Source: Chlorobiota bacterium
Lineage (GTDB): Bacteria > Bacteroidota > Ignavibacteria > Tepidaquicellales > OLB5
Length of the DNA: 64,000 bases
Direction: 5' to 3'
NCBI GenBank assembly: GCA_022616535.1
Contig: JAKEEM010000047.1
Span: forward strand, 1,563-65,562
Numbering within the stretch: position 1 is the first letter of the stretch; each line of letters starts with the position of its first letter. The notes below the pieces were generated by a model, which saw only the letters and a program-made list of their open reading frames with translations, did not search any database and was not told where the DNA came from. Below, piece by piece: positions 55,323 through 64,000 of this stretch. Position numbers and translations under genes: made by a program.

Positions 55323-56825
55323 TTATTGCAGATTAATCACTTTATATAAAATGTCCTGATAATAATCGTAAACATATACATTGCTTTCATTTGTTCTAAA
55401 GTCAGCAGGCCTTTCCGAAATATAATAAAAAAATAAATTCTTTCGGTTTAAAAACAGTTCCGGGATTTCATGAATTCCGTACCTGAGCACCCATGCGCTT
55501 TTATACTCACCCGGGATGTTTTTAAAATAAACTTTCGAATCCGCGGGGAGGTCCCGAGTTAAATCTAAAATTCTGCTTACAGCACTTTGGGAAATTTCAG
55601 AAGCCCTTATCCATTGAGATTCCTTCATTTCAAGATTATACATATTGTAAGTAAAATACAGCGCTAAGATAACCATTATAATTTTTTCCTTAAACACATT
55701 TTCTTTACTGATTTTAAACAAATAGTGAATCAGAAGAATGCAAAATCCGGCCGAGGGAAGATATAAATACCTCTCGTATCCGGCAAGCCATACAAATGAT
55801 GCAATGGTTATCAAAATATAAATTAATGAAATATATGTTATTTTATCTCTCTTTTTTAAAATCAATACGTATATGATTACTGAAACAGATATCCCCAAAA
55901 GAGCGAGGGGATATTGTTTGGCCACATCAAGGAATGTTTGCACATAATTGGCATTGTTTAATTTATATATATCCTTAATAAGCATAAAATCCAAAGATAC
56001 TATAAATGCCGTAAATGTAAAAATAATATTCTTAAATGTTTCGGCTAAAATTACTATCAAATCAAACGAAACCTGCAAAAGGTCCAGTCTCGGAAATAAA
56101 AAATACCTTGACGCCAAAAAAAGAAAAGTTATTATAAATAAAATATAATATTTTTTAAGAAACTGATAAAATGTGCTTTTAAAAAGAAAAACTTCCCCCC
56201 AAAAAATACACCCGATAAACGATACCGCTGTTTCCTTTGATAATAAGCTTGCTGAATACAGTGCAAAAACATAAATTAAATAAGCAGGTTTGTTGCTTTT
56301 TCTGTAGCATATATATGCATATAAACCTGTAATATAAAATAAAGAGTAAAACATCTCATGAAGCTCGGAAAAATAAACAATTGTCTCAACATGAATGTAA
56401 TGAACGCAAAACAGAAAGCTGCACAAAAAGGATTTCAGAAGTTTGGTCTTATCGTCAGCATCTTTATCAGCGTAAGTATCTTTATCGAAATGCTCAAATA
56501 ATCTATATGAGAGCTTAAAAACAAAAAAGCAGACAACGGAATTTATTATAATATGCAGGATTCTGACAGGAACAGGGTTTAAACCGAATATTAAATAGAA
56601 TATTCTGTAAACTAAAAGTGGAACAGGGAAAAAATGAAAATTTTCCGAAAGGGAACCTTCCGAAGCTGCTTTGAGGCGGACAAAATCATCAAGTACAAAG
56701 TAATTGCTTAAGCTTGATGCATAAAGGAGGAAAGTGATTATTAAATAAAAGCTAAATAATAAAAAATCAGATAATAAGAAATCAGATAACCTGTTTTCTT
56801 TTAATAAAAACTTATCAGAAATCAT
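55323..56825 (-). CDS. polytopic membrane protein, possible GT-C (ArnT/PMT-like) glycosyltransferase
   Basis: About 12 or more TM helices with an early DDF-containing loop (YFVLDDFVRL). I prefer the ATG at 56825, which abuts the upstream stop, over the track start at 56855. Function is tentative. Confidence 0.4.
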   Translation of the reverse strand: MISDKFLLKENRLSDFLLSDFLLFSFYLIITFLLYASSLSNYFVLDDFVRLKAASEGSLSENFHFFPVPLLVYRIFYLIFGLNPVPVRILHIIINSVVCFFVFKLSYRLFEHFDKDTYADKDADDKTKLLKSFLCSFLFCVHYIHVETIVYFSELHEMFYSLFYITGLYAYICYRKSNKPAYLIYVFALYSASLLSKETAVSFIGCIFWGEVFLFKSTFYQFLKKYYILFIITFLFLASRYFLFPRLDLLQVSFDLIVILAETFKNIIFTFTAFIVSLDFMLIKDIYKLNNANYVQTFLDVAKQYPLALLGISVSVIIYVLILKKRDKITYISLIYILITIASFVWLAGYERYLYLPSAGFCILLIHYLFKISKENVFKEKIIMVILALYFTYNMYNLEMKESQWIRASEISQSAVSRILDLTRDLPADSKVYFKNIPGEYKSAWVLRYGIHEIPELFLNRKNLFFYYISERPADFRTNESNVYVYDYYQDILYKVINLQ

Positions 56826-59155
56826 TTTCTGACAATGGCAACTTTTCCAGTACATACCTTGTTGCCATCTTTATTGTAACCCGCAATTATATAAATCCCC
56901 GATGAAACATAATTGCCGTATATATCCTTCCCGTCCCAATTAGCTATCCTTCCGCCGGGGGTAACAAACTCGGCGACAAGCGTTCCGCTGATGCTCAAAA
57001 TCTTTACGGTTGACTCCTCGACAAGCCCGTCTATTTTCAAGGGGGCACTGCTCGGCACTATAAACGGATTGGGTCCGGCATGGATTTTATCGCACTCGCT
57101 CAGAGGGTTTACTGCAATTGTCTGATAGGAAACGATGCCCTTTTCCGAGCCAAAGTAAACAATACCTGAATTTCTGTCGGATTTAATCGTAGTTATCCTA
57201 TTATCAATTAAAGGTGAATTTAATATGGTAAACCGGTTTAAAAGTGTAGAGCCGTCCTGTGATACATAAATAACTCCGTTGCTTATGGTTCCAAGCCATT
57301 TATTGTTTAAGGCATCTACGTCAATCGAAAGCACATTCTCGGTAAGCGGTGTGCTGATTCCGTTTTCAATTATTCTCATCTTAAATAAAGTAGGTGTTGA
57401 ACCCGGGTTATTTATAATCTGCTCGGGATTCGGGATAATAACAACACCGTTATTTGTTGCAATCCACACCTCGCCGTTTTTATCTACAGTCACCTCGTTA
57501 ACCTGGCCGATATCGGCACCAAGAGTGCTGTAATTTAAAAGGGCACCCTGGGGGTTTGTATTTTCATTAAAATATAAAACCCCCCTTACGCCGCCACCAG
57601 GAGGTTCAGTTGGATGTAAAGTTACCCACTTTGTGTTATAATTATCTATCACAAGAAAGGTACCGTGTACATGAAATGAATTTACTCCAGGACTGGGATA
57701 CGCAACTTGTTGAGTAAAATTAACAAAGTTATTTTGCACTGTATTGTTAAGCACCCATAAATTACCGGAATTGTCTTCATCAATTCCTTGAATTAAAACA
57801 AAACCCTGTCCTCCGCTTTGCTGTAAGATTGAATTCGATTCATCGAATCTGACCATTTCATTTCCGCTAATCTTAAGCAATCCATTTCCAAAACCGGCAA
57901 CCCAAATATTGCCTTGTCTATCGGGGTAAGTGAACACCCATCCGCAGCAGCCACTGCCCATAACCGGAAACTGGGAATAAGTATAATTGAACCAGCTTGT
58001 CCCGTCATATCTGTAAACGCCCGAGCGGGAAGCCCAGTCACCCAGCGAACCCGAAAGAGCCCATACGCGGCTGGACTGGTCAACAGTCACATGAAAATTT
58101 AAATTAGAAAATGGGCCGTTAGGCGAAACGTAATTATGAGAATTATTCCTGTAAACATCAACCCCATTGTTCACCGTACCAATCAGCAATTCCACGTTAG
58201 AGTTTATTTCTAAAGCATTAACCTCGAAGCCATTTGTTACAAGTTCCGCGTTATTTGAATTATTCTGGTTTACTTTATAAATTTTATAATTATCCCGGTA
58301 GGTTAATGTTCCGGAGAAATAATTATTATACGTAGAAAAATACATGGTTCCGCCGGAAACTGTCATCCGGTAAACTGGGTCTGCTACAGGATTTCCGTTA
58401 TAAAGGGGGGCATAAGAATTTAATGCTCCATTTTGATAATAAACCATTCCGCTATCGGTGCCTATGAATATTTTAGAATCAAAATATACCACACTGTTTG
58501 AAAGATTTTTTTTCATTACAGAATTACCGGTTGTAAAATTTAACCAGCTTGACTGAATCGGCAGGTTCCTGTTAATGTTTGCAAACGCTATCCCATTCTT
58601 TGTAGCTGCCCATATTGTATCGTTTATTACAATTAAGTCATTGACAGCTGATTTTATAGGCAGCAATGGTCCTAAGAAAATATACGGCTGGTCTACAAAT
58701 TGAAACTGCGGGATGCTGAATTTAACTATGCAGAACTCTGTTGCAAAAAACATAAGGTTGTTATACTGGTAAAAAGAGTTTATTCTCTTCGAAGGTTCAT
58801 TAGAGGCTTGAATATCGGTTATCTGCCTCCACACCTTATCAAGCGGGTTAAAAACGCTGATTGAACCGTCAAATGCCCCCGCCCACACTCGCCCGTCGTT
58901 GCCGACAATAACTGAGCTCAGTTCATTTGATAATAAACCGTCTAACGAAGTATATTTAGAAATATTTGTAGAGTTGTTGGGATCAAAAGAGAATAAACCG
59001 CCGGTTGATGCTGCCCAAGTTAAGTTTTGTCCGGAAGATATAGCTTTAACATCTCTGAACGAAGTGTAGATGTTCCAGCCGTTTGTTGGATTCTGAGCAA
59101 ATAAAACGGCTGAAATATAAATGAAGCTTAATAAACAAATGATTTTTTTCAGCAT
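56822..59155 (-). CDS. secreted beta-propeller repeat protein with a T9SS C-terminal sorting domain
   Basis: Signal peptide, and many W/G-rich propeller-like repeats (two-component-regulator-propeller type). The C-terminus ...SGIYIIAGYNKDGNKVCTGKVAIVRK is typical of Por_Secre_tail. Confidence 0.7.
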   Translation of the reverse strand: MLKKIICLLSFIYISAVLFAQNPTNGWNIYTSFRDVKAISSGQNLTWAASTGGLFSFDPNNSTNISKYTSLDGLLSNELSSVIVGNDGRVWAGAFDGSISVFNPLDKVWRQITDIQASNEPSKRINSFYQYNNLMFFATEFCIVKFSIPQFQFVDQPYIFLGPLLPIKSAVNDLIVINDTIWAATKNGIAFANINRNLPIQSSWLNFTTGNSVMKKNLSNSVVYFDSKIFIGTDSGMVYYQNGALNSYAPLYNGNPVADPVYRMTVSGGTMYFSTYNNYFSGTLTYRDNYKIYKVNQNNSNNAELVTNGFEVNALEINSNVELLIGTVNNGVDVYRNNSHNYVSPNGPFSNLNFHVTVDQSSRVWALSGSLGDWASRSGVYRYDGTSWFNYTYSQFPVMGSGCCGWVFTYPDRQGNIWVAGFGNGLLKISGNEMVRFDESNSILQQSGGQGFVLIQGIDEDNSGNLWVLNNTVQNNFVNFTQQVAYPSPGVNSFHVHGTFLVIDNYNTKWVTLHPTEPPGGGVRGVLYFNENTNPQGALLNYSTLGADIGQVNEVTVDKNGEVWIATNNGVVIIPNPEQIINNPGSTPTLFKMRIIENGISTPLTENVLSIDVDALNNKWLGTISNGVIYVSQDGSTLLNRFTILNSPLIDNRITTIKSDRNSGIVYFGSEKGIVSYQTIAVNPLSECDKIHAGPNPFIVPSSAPLKIDGLVEESTVKILSISGTLVAEFVTPGGRIANWDGKDIYGNYVSSGIYIIAGYNKDGNKVCTGKVAIVRK

Positions 59156-59251
59156 CTTACCTATAAATAAAATTTAAAAATACTGTAGAGGTTTTCGATA
59201 TGATTATCTACCAGATTGATTTATTTGAATTACCAGATGAAAACATGTATT

Positions 59252-59566
59252 TTAAAGAAGTTCATTTAAAGCTTGTTCAAGCTCTGATTTTGTGTGAAAA
59301 TCGTTTTGCGATGCCGATACATATATTCCTTTTTCGTAAATTTTTTTTGCAGACTGCTCATCACCAAGCATTTCGTAGGTCTTGCCAAGCTGATAGTAAG
59401 TCGCCCGGTAATTCGGGTCCATCGTTCTTAACTCCTCAAAAGTATCCTTTGCCTGCTCCAGCAAATTCTGAGACATATACTCAAGCCCCAAAGCGTATCT
59501 TGCAAATGAATCCTGTGGGTCGGCTTCAAGCATTTTCCTTAAGCTGTCGATTCTGGAGTTCTCCAC
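59252..59566 (-). CDS. small TPR-repeat protein
   Basis: 104 aa with three TPR-like units (FARYALGLEYMSQNLLEQA, ATYYQLGKTYEMLGDEQSA). Confidence 0.7.
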   Translation of the reverse strand: MENSRIDSLRKMLEADPQDSFARYALGLEYMSQNLLEQAKDTFEELRTMDPNYRATYYQLGKTYEMLGDEQSAKKIYEKGIYVSASQNDFHTKSELEQALNELL

Positions 59567-59639
59567 CAGAGCAATTTAGGCAACTTATATTAAAAATAAA
59601 AATAAAAAAGTGACAAAAAATCGACCCATTTTTAACTTT

Positions 59640-59924
59640 TTAAATTGGGATTTTCTCTAAATCCCCGGCAATTTCAATATCATTTTGTGTAATTCCCCCA
59701 GCGCTGTGAGTTGAAAAAGAAACCTCGACTTCTTTATACTTCATAATCACATAATCAGGATGGTGGTTCCTCTTTTGGCAAAACCCGCCGATAGCAGCCA
59801 CAAAGCCCATCGTTGCGGGATAGTTTTGCGTCTTAAACGTCTTTTTAATTGAGCCTTCCTCATAGCTCCAACCGGGCAGTTCTTTTAGCGCAGCCTGTAT
59901 CTGTTCGTCTGTTAGCTTTTCCAC
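59640..59924 (-). CDS. phhB: 4a-hydroxytetrahydrobiopterin dehydratase (PCD/DCoH)
   Basis: 94 aa with LPGWSYE and NHHPD. Confidence 0.9.
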   Translation of the reverse strand: MEKLTDEQIQAALKELPGWSYEEGSIKKTFKTQNYPATMGFVAAIGGFCQKRNHHPDYVIMKYKEVEVSFSTHSAGGITQNDIEIAGDLEKIPI

Positions 59925-59943
59925 ATCTAAATTTAATCAATTT

Positions 59944-59967
59944 AAAAGCGGGTTTCAACCCGCTTTT
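59944..59967 (-). terminator. rho-independent terminator (symmetric A/T-flanked hairpin) after the hydrolase gene
   Basis: AAAAGCGGGTT-tc-AACCCGCTTTT, 38 nt beyond the stop at 60005. Confidence 0.6.
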
Positions 59968-60004
59968 AAAAACAGGATAATTCCTAATACTGAAAGTAAA
60001 TCTT

Positions 60005-61978
60005 CTATTTCACAATTACCAACTTCTTCGTAACCGAATAGTTACCCGCCGTTAACCTGTAGAAATAAGCTCCGCTAGGATATTTCGACGCATTCCACTT
60101 AACTTCATAAGCTCCCGATTTTAACCGTTCGTCCACAATTACTTCAATCTCCCTGCCCAGAACATCAAATACCGCAAGTTTCACACTTAATGAACTTGGA
60201 ACATGAAACTTGAAACTTGTAACCGGGTTAAACGGGTTCGGATAATTCTGGCTGAGTGAAAACTTATTCGGAGTTTCACTTTCTTCAAATGAATCTGTCA
60301 AAGGCGGTATTGAGGCGCCTACGACCGGCAAATCTATATATGACTTGTTTAAATAAACGTAATGATAGCCGTTATTTAGAACCGGCAGGACAAATGGATT
60401 TGTACCCAAAAACCACTGGTCATCAGGTGATGTATCGAGATTTGTAATGATAATTCTTATTCTGTTTCCAACTTTAAATATATGCCCGTGTGCCTGTCCT
60501 TCGAAATTTCTTGTCCTTCTTGAATTTGCCACGTAGTTCCTATCGGTATAATTTACTCTGTTAATTAGCTTCTGTGTTCCGTCGGAGCCGACTTCATAAA
60601 TCTGAAAATTGAACTGAACAAAAGGCTTCGCTGTAGATAAATAATCAAGATTTATTTTCGGTGTCCCAAGCCACTTTATATCAGTAGTTAGAATGCTGGA
60701 TGTAAATGTAAGGCTTCTTTTTCTGAACTTCGAGTTGAATGTCTGTCCTGTGAATTCCTCATTAACTGCTTCCTGCATCGTTAAGCCGCCTGTTACTTGG
60801 TTTCTCAATTGCACTCTAGTATTATTTGAGCCGTTGGGATTTGCAGTAAGTCTTCCGTTCGTATTAAAATACAGCCTGTTGCCAGAAGTCATCTGGCTGA
60901 ACGGAACGTTCGAGCTGTCGTGGGTGAAACTCCAGTATAAGCCGTTTGCCGGATAATGAGAGTAGGCAAAATCATATTTAGTTCTGTTCAGAATTCCATT
61001 TTGCTCGCCGAAAAGCCAGTATAAAAACCAGTCATTAAAAAACTGCATATGCCACTGGTCTTCGGTGGGTGAGTGGTCGCCTCCGTGCCCCTGAACCGCA
61101 CCAACATAAAGCTTAAATGGGGAGCTGGTATTGTTAGAAGCTGCCTGAATTATTCCCGAAGCGTTGAAAAACTTGTCCTGCCAGGAACCTTCAATTATTA
61201 ACGGAACTTTATTATTTACCACCGAATTCTGAAAATCCCTGCCCTGAGGAAGCCAGAAAGCGAGACTATCCCAATATTTCTTGTTATTTGCATAAATCCA
61301 GTTGCTCATCCTGTCAACTTGTGAGTTATATCTTACCGTATCGGGTGTGTATTCAATAGACCAGAGAAGAGTCATCTTAATGGACCCGTTTTCAATCCAG
61401 CTTGAAGCAAAGTTAGGAGGTGCCAGTGCTGAAATGATTGTCTTAACCTCCATTCCCATCGAACATGCCATATAAGGAATTAATCCCCCTTGCGAGCCGC
61501 CCATGATTAAAATATTATTCGGGTTTGAGCCGTTGGGTGCGTCGTTCTTAATAGCATTAACAAACTCAATCATATCTTTTGCTTCAAGATTGCTGATGAG
61601 ATTCGATTGCCCTGTTGAGTTCCCCTGTCCCCTTATGCTGAAAGACGCTGTATAATAGCCGAATTCCGCCTGTGCCCTGGCAAAGCTGGCGAGTGTTTCC
61701 TTGTTATCACCGTAGCCGTGAACGAAAATTACCGTTGGCCATCCGGCCGGAGGAGCTTCTCTTTTTGGAATGAATTTCAGGGCATCAAGAATTGTGCCGT
61801 CCTTCATTACTACTTTAAAATCAAAACGCTGAACGGTATCTATCGGAGAATCATCGTATTTGGGAAGAAGGTGTAAATATTGATAGTTATCTCTTGCACG
61901 TTTGTGCTGAGATTCGGTAATTTGAGTACAATATAATAGCGCAAAAACTGCTATAAACAGTGACTTAGCGATTTTCAT
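60005..61978 (-). CDS. secreted alpha/beta hydrolase (CocE/NonD or X-Pro dipeptidyl-peptidase S15-like) with a T9SS C-terminal sorting domain
   Basis: Signal peptide, VHGYGDNK, and nucleophile elbow GGSQGG. The C-terminus NYPNPFNPVTSFKF...YFYRLTAGNYSVTKKLVIVK is a T9SS tail. Confidence 0.7.
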   Translation of the reverse strand: MKIAKSLFIAVFALLYCTQITESQHKRARDNYQYLHLLPKYDDSPIDTVQRFDFKVVMKDGTILDALKFIPKREAPPAGWPTVIFVHGYGDNKETLASFARAQAEFGYYTASFSIRGQGNSTGQSNLISNLEAKDMIEFVNAIKNDAPNGSNPNNILIMGGSQGGLIPYMACSMGMEVKTIISALAPPNFASSWIENGSIKMTLLWSIEYTPDTVRYNSQVDRMSNWIYANNKKYWDSLAFWLPQGRDFQNSVVNNKVPLIIEGSWQDKFFNASGIIQAASNNTSSPFKLYVGAVQGHGGDHSPTEDQWHMQFFNDWFLYWLFGEQNGILNRTKYDFAYSHYPANGLYWSFTHDSSNVPFSQMTSGNRLYFNTNGRLTANPNGSNNTRVQLRNQVTGGLTMQEAVNEEFTGQTFNSKFRKRSLTFTSSILTTDIKWLGTPKINLDYLSTAKPFVQFNFQIYEVGSDGTQKLINRVNYTDRNYVANSRRTRNFEGQAHGHIFKVGNRIRIIITNLDTSPDDQWFLGTNPFVLPVLNNGYHYVYLNKSYIDLPVVGASIPPLTDSFEESETPNKFSLSQNYPNPFNPVTSFKFHVPSSLSVKLAVFDVLGREIEVIVDERLKSGAYEVKWNASKYPSGAYFYRLTAGNYSVTKKLVIVK

Positions 61979-62355
61979 TGAGTATTCCCTGCTTTTTTAG
62001 CTGTGATTTAGTTATATGCCCCCTGCAACATCCAATTTACAAATATTTCAATTCCATTACAAGACATTACTTTACTAGGTAGTGGGGTATTTTGAATATA
62101 TATTTATTTGTCGTTAAAAACTCACATTATTTGTCGTTTCAAAATTTGCTTTTAAGTTTCTAAATTTGTATCACGCTATGATACCATTAAAACAGATACT
62201 TATAATATATTTGTTGTAGTTCTTTAATAAATAAAAACGGGCTTTCAAGGTGCTTCTAACACCTATCAGCCCTAAACTCAAATGCCTGCCGTAAACAGAC
62301 AAATGAATCTTCTCAAAGATAATTCATTGCAGGCAAAAACGAAAGGTAGCTTGCA

Positions 62356-63207
62356 GTGAACAAATTATCAATAGAGAAACAGACCAGAATTCTATCCTTA
62401 CTTGTAGAGGGAAATTCAATCAGAAGTATTGCTCGCATTATGAACGGCGATAAAAAAACCGTTATAAGAATGCTTGAAATGGCAGGCAAAAAAGCCCTTG
62501 AGATACACGATACTTTAGTAAATAATGTTAAATCTAACCTTGTGCAGTGTGATGAAGTTTGGGCTTATGTAGGCAAAAAGCAGAAACAACTTGATTTAGA
62601 ACAAAGATACTATTCAGATAAGAACGAACTCGGAGACCAATATACATTTGTTGCTATGGACGCTGAAACAAAACTTGTTATCAATTTTTTAATTGGTAAG
62701 AGGACTTACGAAAATACAATCTCTTTCATAAGAGATATGAACGCCAGAATAATGACAAGATTTCAATTAACAACGGATAGCTTTCAACCTTATTACAACG
62801 CTGTAAAGAGAACATTCGGAAACGAAATAGATTATGCACAGATACACAAGGTTTTTAATGAACCAGAGAACGCTGAAAAAAGATACTCGCCCGCTCAAAT
62901 AAAGAAAATTCAGATTATTCCCTTAATCGGTGAACCTAAACTACATCACGTTTCTACAAGCTATATTGAAAGACAAAATCTTACAATGAGAATGCAGATG
63001 AGACGTTTTACCAGATTAACAAACGCATTCAGCAAAAAACTTGAAAACTTAAAGTATGCAGTAGCTTTGCATTTCTTTTATTATAATTTTATAAGAGTTC
63101 ACAAAACATTAAGAGCTACACCTGCAATGAAAGCAGGGATAGCAAATAGTTTCTGGACTTGGGAAATGTTTTTAGGTTTTGAAAATGAATATAAAAAGGT
63201 TGCTTAA
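62356..63207 (+). mobile_element. IS1-family transposase gene (single ORF, N-terminal HTH); element ends not defined
   Basis: HTH (RILSLLVEGNSIRSIARIM). DDE contexts are QCDEVWAYVG, LTTDSFQPY and YIERQNLTMRMQMRRFTRLTNAFSKK, which parallels IS1 InsB ...[25 protein letters not shown] as I recall it. GTG start. Confidence 0.7.
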
Positions 63208-63420
63208 AGATTATGTCTTTAGTATTCCCTTTACCCATTTGTAATTATTAATAATCAATGGGATATTTATGTAATGAAAATTAACCCTTACGGATAATCA
63301 GGAATGTGGGATAGTTTGGATACCCTGTTATGCGAGCAAACAATTAAATATTGTTACTGGAATTTCGCTCGTTACCATAACCTGCCATAACTACATAATT
63401 AATACTAATAAATGAAAGAA

Positions 63421-63999
63421 TTACTCTATTTCAGTATTGTATATGAACGGTGGGGACTTAATCTCCATGTACAGTTTACACAAATCTCCTATTTCGAGAA
63501 TTTTAATGTTATTTTTTTCAGCAAATTTAAGAGCTACTTTACTAATACCATTTAATGTTACTAGAATAGCATAATTTGCATTATGATTAATTTTGGTGCC
63601 AAGCAAATCTCTTAATGCATGTTCACCTATTTTTGTCTTCCATTTTTTACATTGAACAACATATATATTTTTATCTTTTTCTAAAAAAATATCTACACCT
63701 TGATCTCCACTAATTTTAGTAGTTACCGCCTTGTAGCCTTTTAATTTATACAATTCTGCAACTTCATTTTCAAACTCAGTAGGGTTTAAGTTATGCCAAA
63801 ATGTTTGAATTTTTCTCTTTTCTATTTTAATATAATTATTCTTAAATGTTTTGAACCTTGATAATTCAGCGCAGTATTTTTGATGATATTCATTATATTT
63901 TTTGTAATTTATATACTCATCTGAATTTTCTAATTCTCTCAGTTTATTTATCCATTTCCTATTTAAAATAGGTGAAAGAAATTTAAATGTTATGGTCAA
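63421..63999 (-). CDS. Mrr-like restriction endonuclease domain protein (possibly truncated by the window edge)
   Basis: C-terminal Mrr_cat pattern FENEVAELYKLKGYKAVTTKISGDQGVDIFLEKDKNIYVVQCKKW. The ORF reaches the last base of the window (TTG at 63999). Confidence 0.7.
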   Translation of the reverse strand: MTITFKFLSPILNRKWINKLRELENSDEYINYKKYNEYHQKYCAELSRFKTFKNNYIKIEKRKIQTFWHNLNPTEFENEVAELYKLKGYKAVTTKISGDQGVDIFLEKDKNIYVVQCKKWKTKIGEHALRDLLGTKINHNANYAILVTLNGISKVALKFAEKNNIKILEIGDLCKLYMEIKSPPFIYNTEIE

Positions 64000-64000
64000 T

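Noticed and set aside
62239-62272. tRNA-like anticodon-arm hairpin (AGGTG-CTTCTAA-CACCT inside GGGCT...AGCCC) upstream of the transposase
   Set aside because: No acceptor stem, D-arm or GTTCRA T-loop can be built around it, so it is not a tRNA gene or a convincing tRNA fragment.
62079-63240. Candidate IS1 terminal inverted repeats (GGTAGTGGGGTATTTTG on the left versus the reverse complement of 63224-63240, GGTAAAGGGAATACTAA)
   Set aside because: Only about 8 of 16 positions match and there is no flanking direct repeat, which is not distinguishable from chance.

Overview
This 64-kb window is chromosomal DNA from an AT-rich bacterium of the FCB group. My best guess is Ignavibacteriota-like, based on an alternative complex III (ACIII) plus aa3 oxidase cluster, T9SS C-terminal sorting domains and Bacteroidetes-style TAnnTTTG promoter boxes. 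This is inferred from gene content only; I ran no database search. Layout: (1) 2.9-18.2 kb is one compact plus-strand respiratory supercluster of 14 genes: actA, a small ORF, actB, actC, an actD-actE fusion, actF, a cytochrome c, SCO1, cox subunits I, III, IV and II, ctaB, and a polytopic membrane protein with a cytochrome c domain. (2) 18.3-45 kb is mostly minus-strand housekeeping: a frameshifted bacterioferritin, ridA, panE, glnA translationally coupled to an Lrp/AsnC regulator, ndk, mtaB, ispD, queA, eno, rpsA, an M1 aminopeptidase, ispG, a ParE/RelE toxin-antitoxin pair and a rhomboid protease. (3) 45.2-47.2 kb is a visibly AT-richer type II restriction-modification pair. (4) 47.2-51.6 kb holds a methyltransferase-like membrane protein, a hypothetical protein, and two DGPF/YciI proteins with an ECF42-type sigma factor. 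(5) 51.6-62 kb holds ispH, hutU, hisA and two T9SS cargo proteins. (6) 62-64 kb holds an IS1-family transposase and an Mrr-like nuclease cut by the window edge. The most unusual content is non-coding. Two gene-free loci (about 29.6-30.4 kb and 48.07-48.51 kb) share the same end modules and the same promoter geometry but carry different GC-rich, hairpin-dense cores. The second locus sits between about 115-bp imperfect direct repeats that duplicate a gene junction. A family of GC-rich palindromes (CCGCCAGCCTG...CAGGCAGGC) is scattered through at least six intergenic sites, and a 147-nt four-way-junction structure lies upstream of mtaB. I could not match any of these to an RNA family from memory. 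Function calls rest on motifs I recognise in the translations, and no numerical composition or homology statistics were computed.
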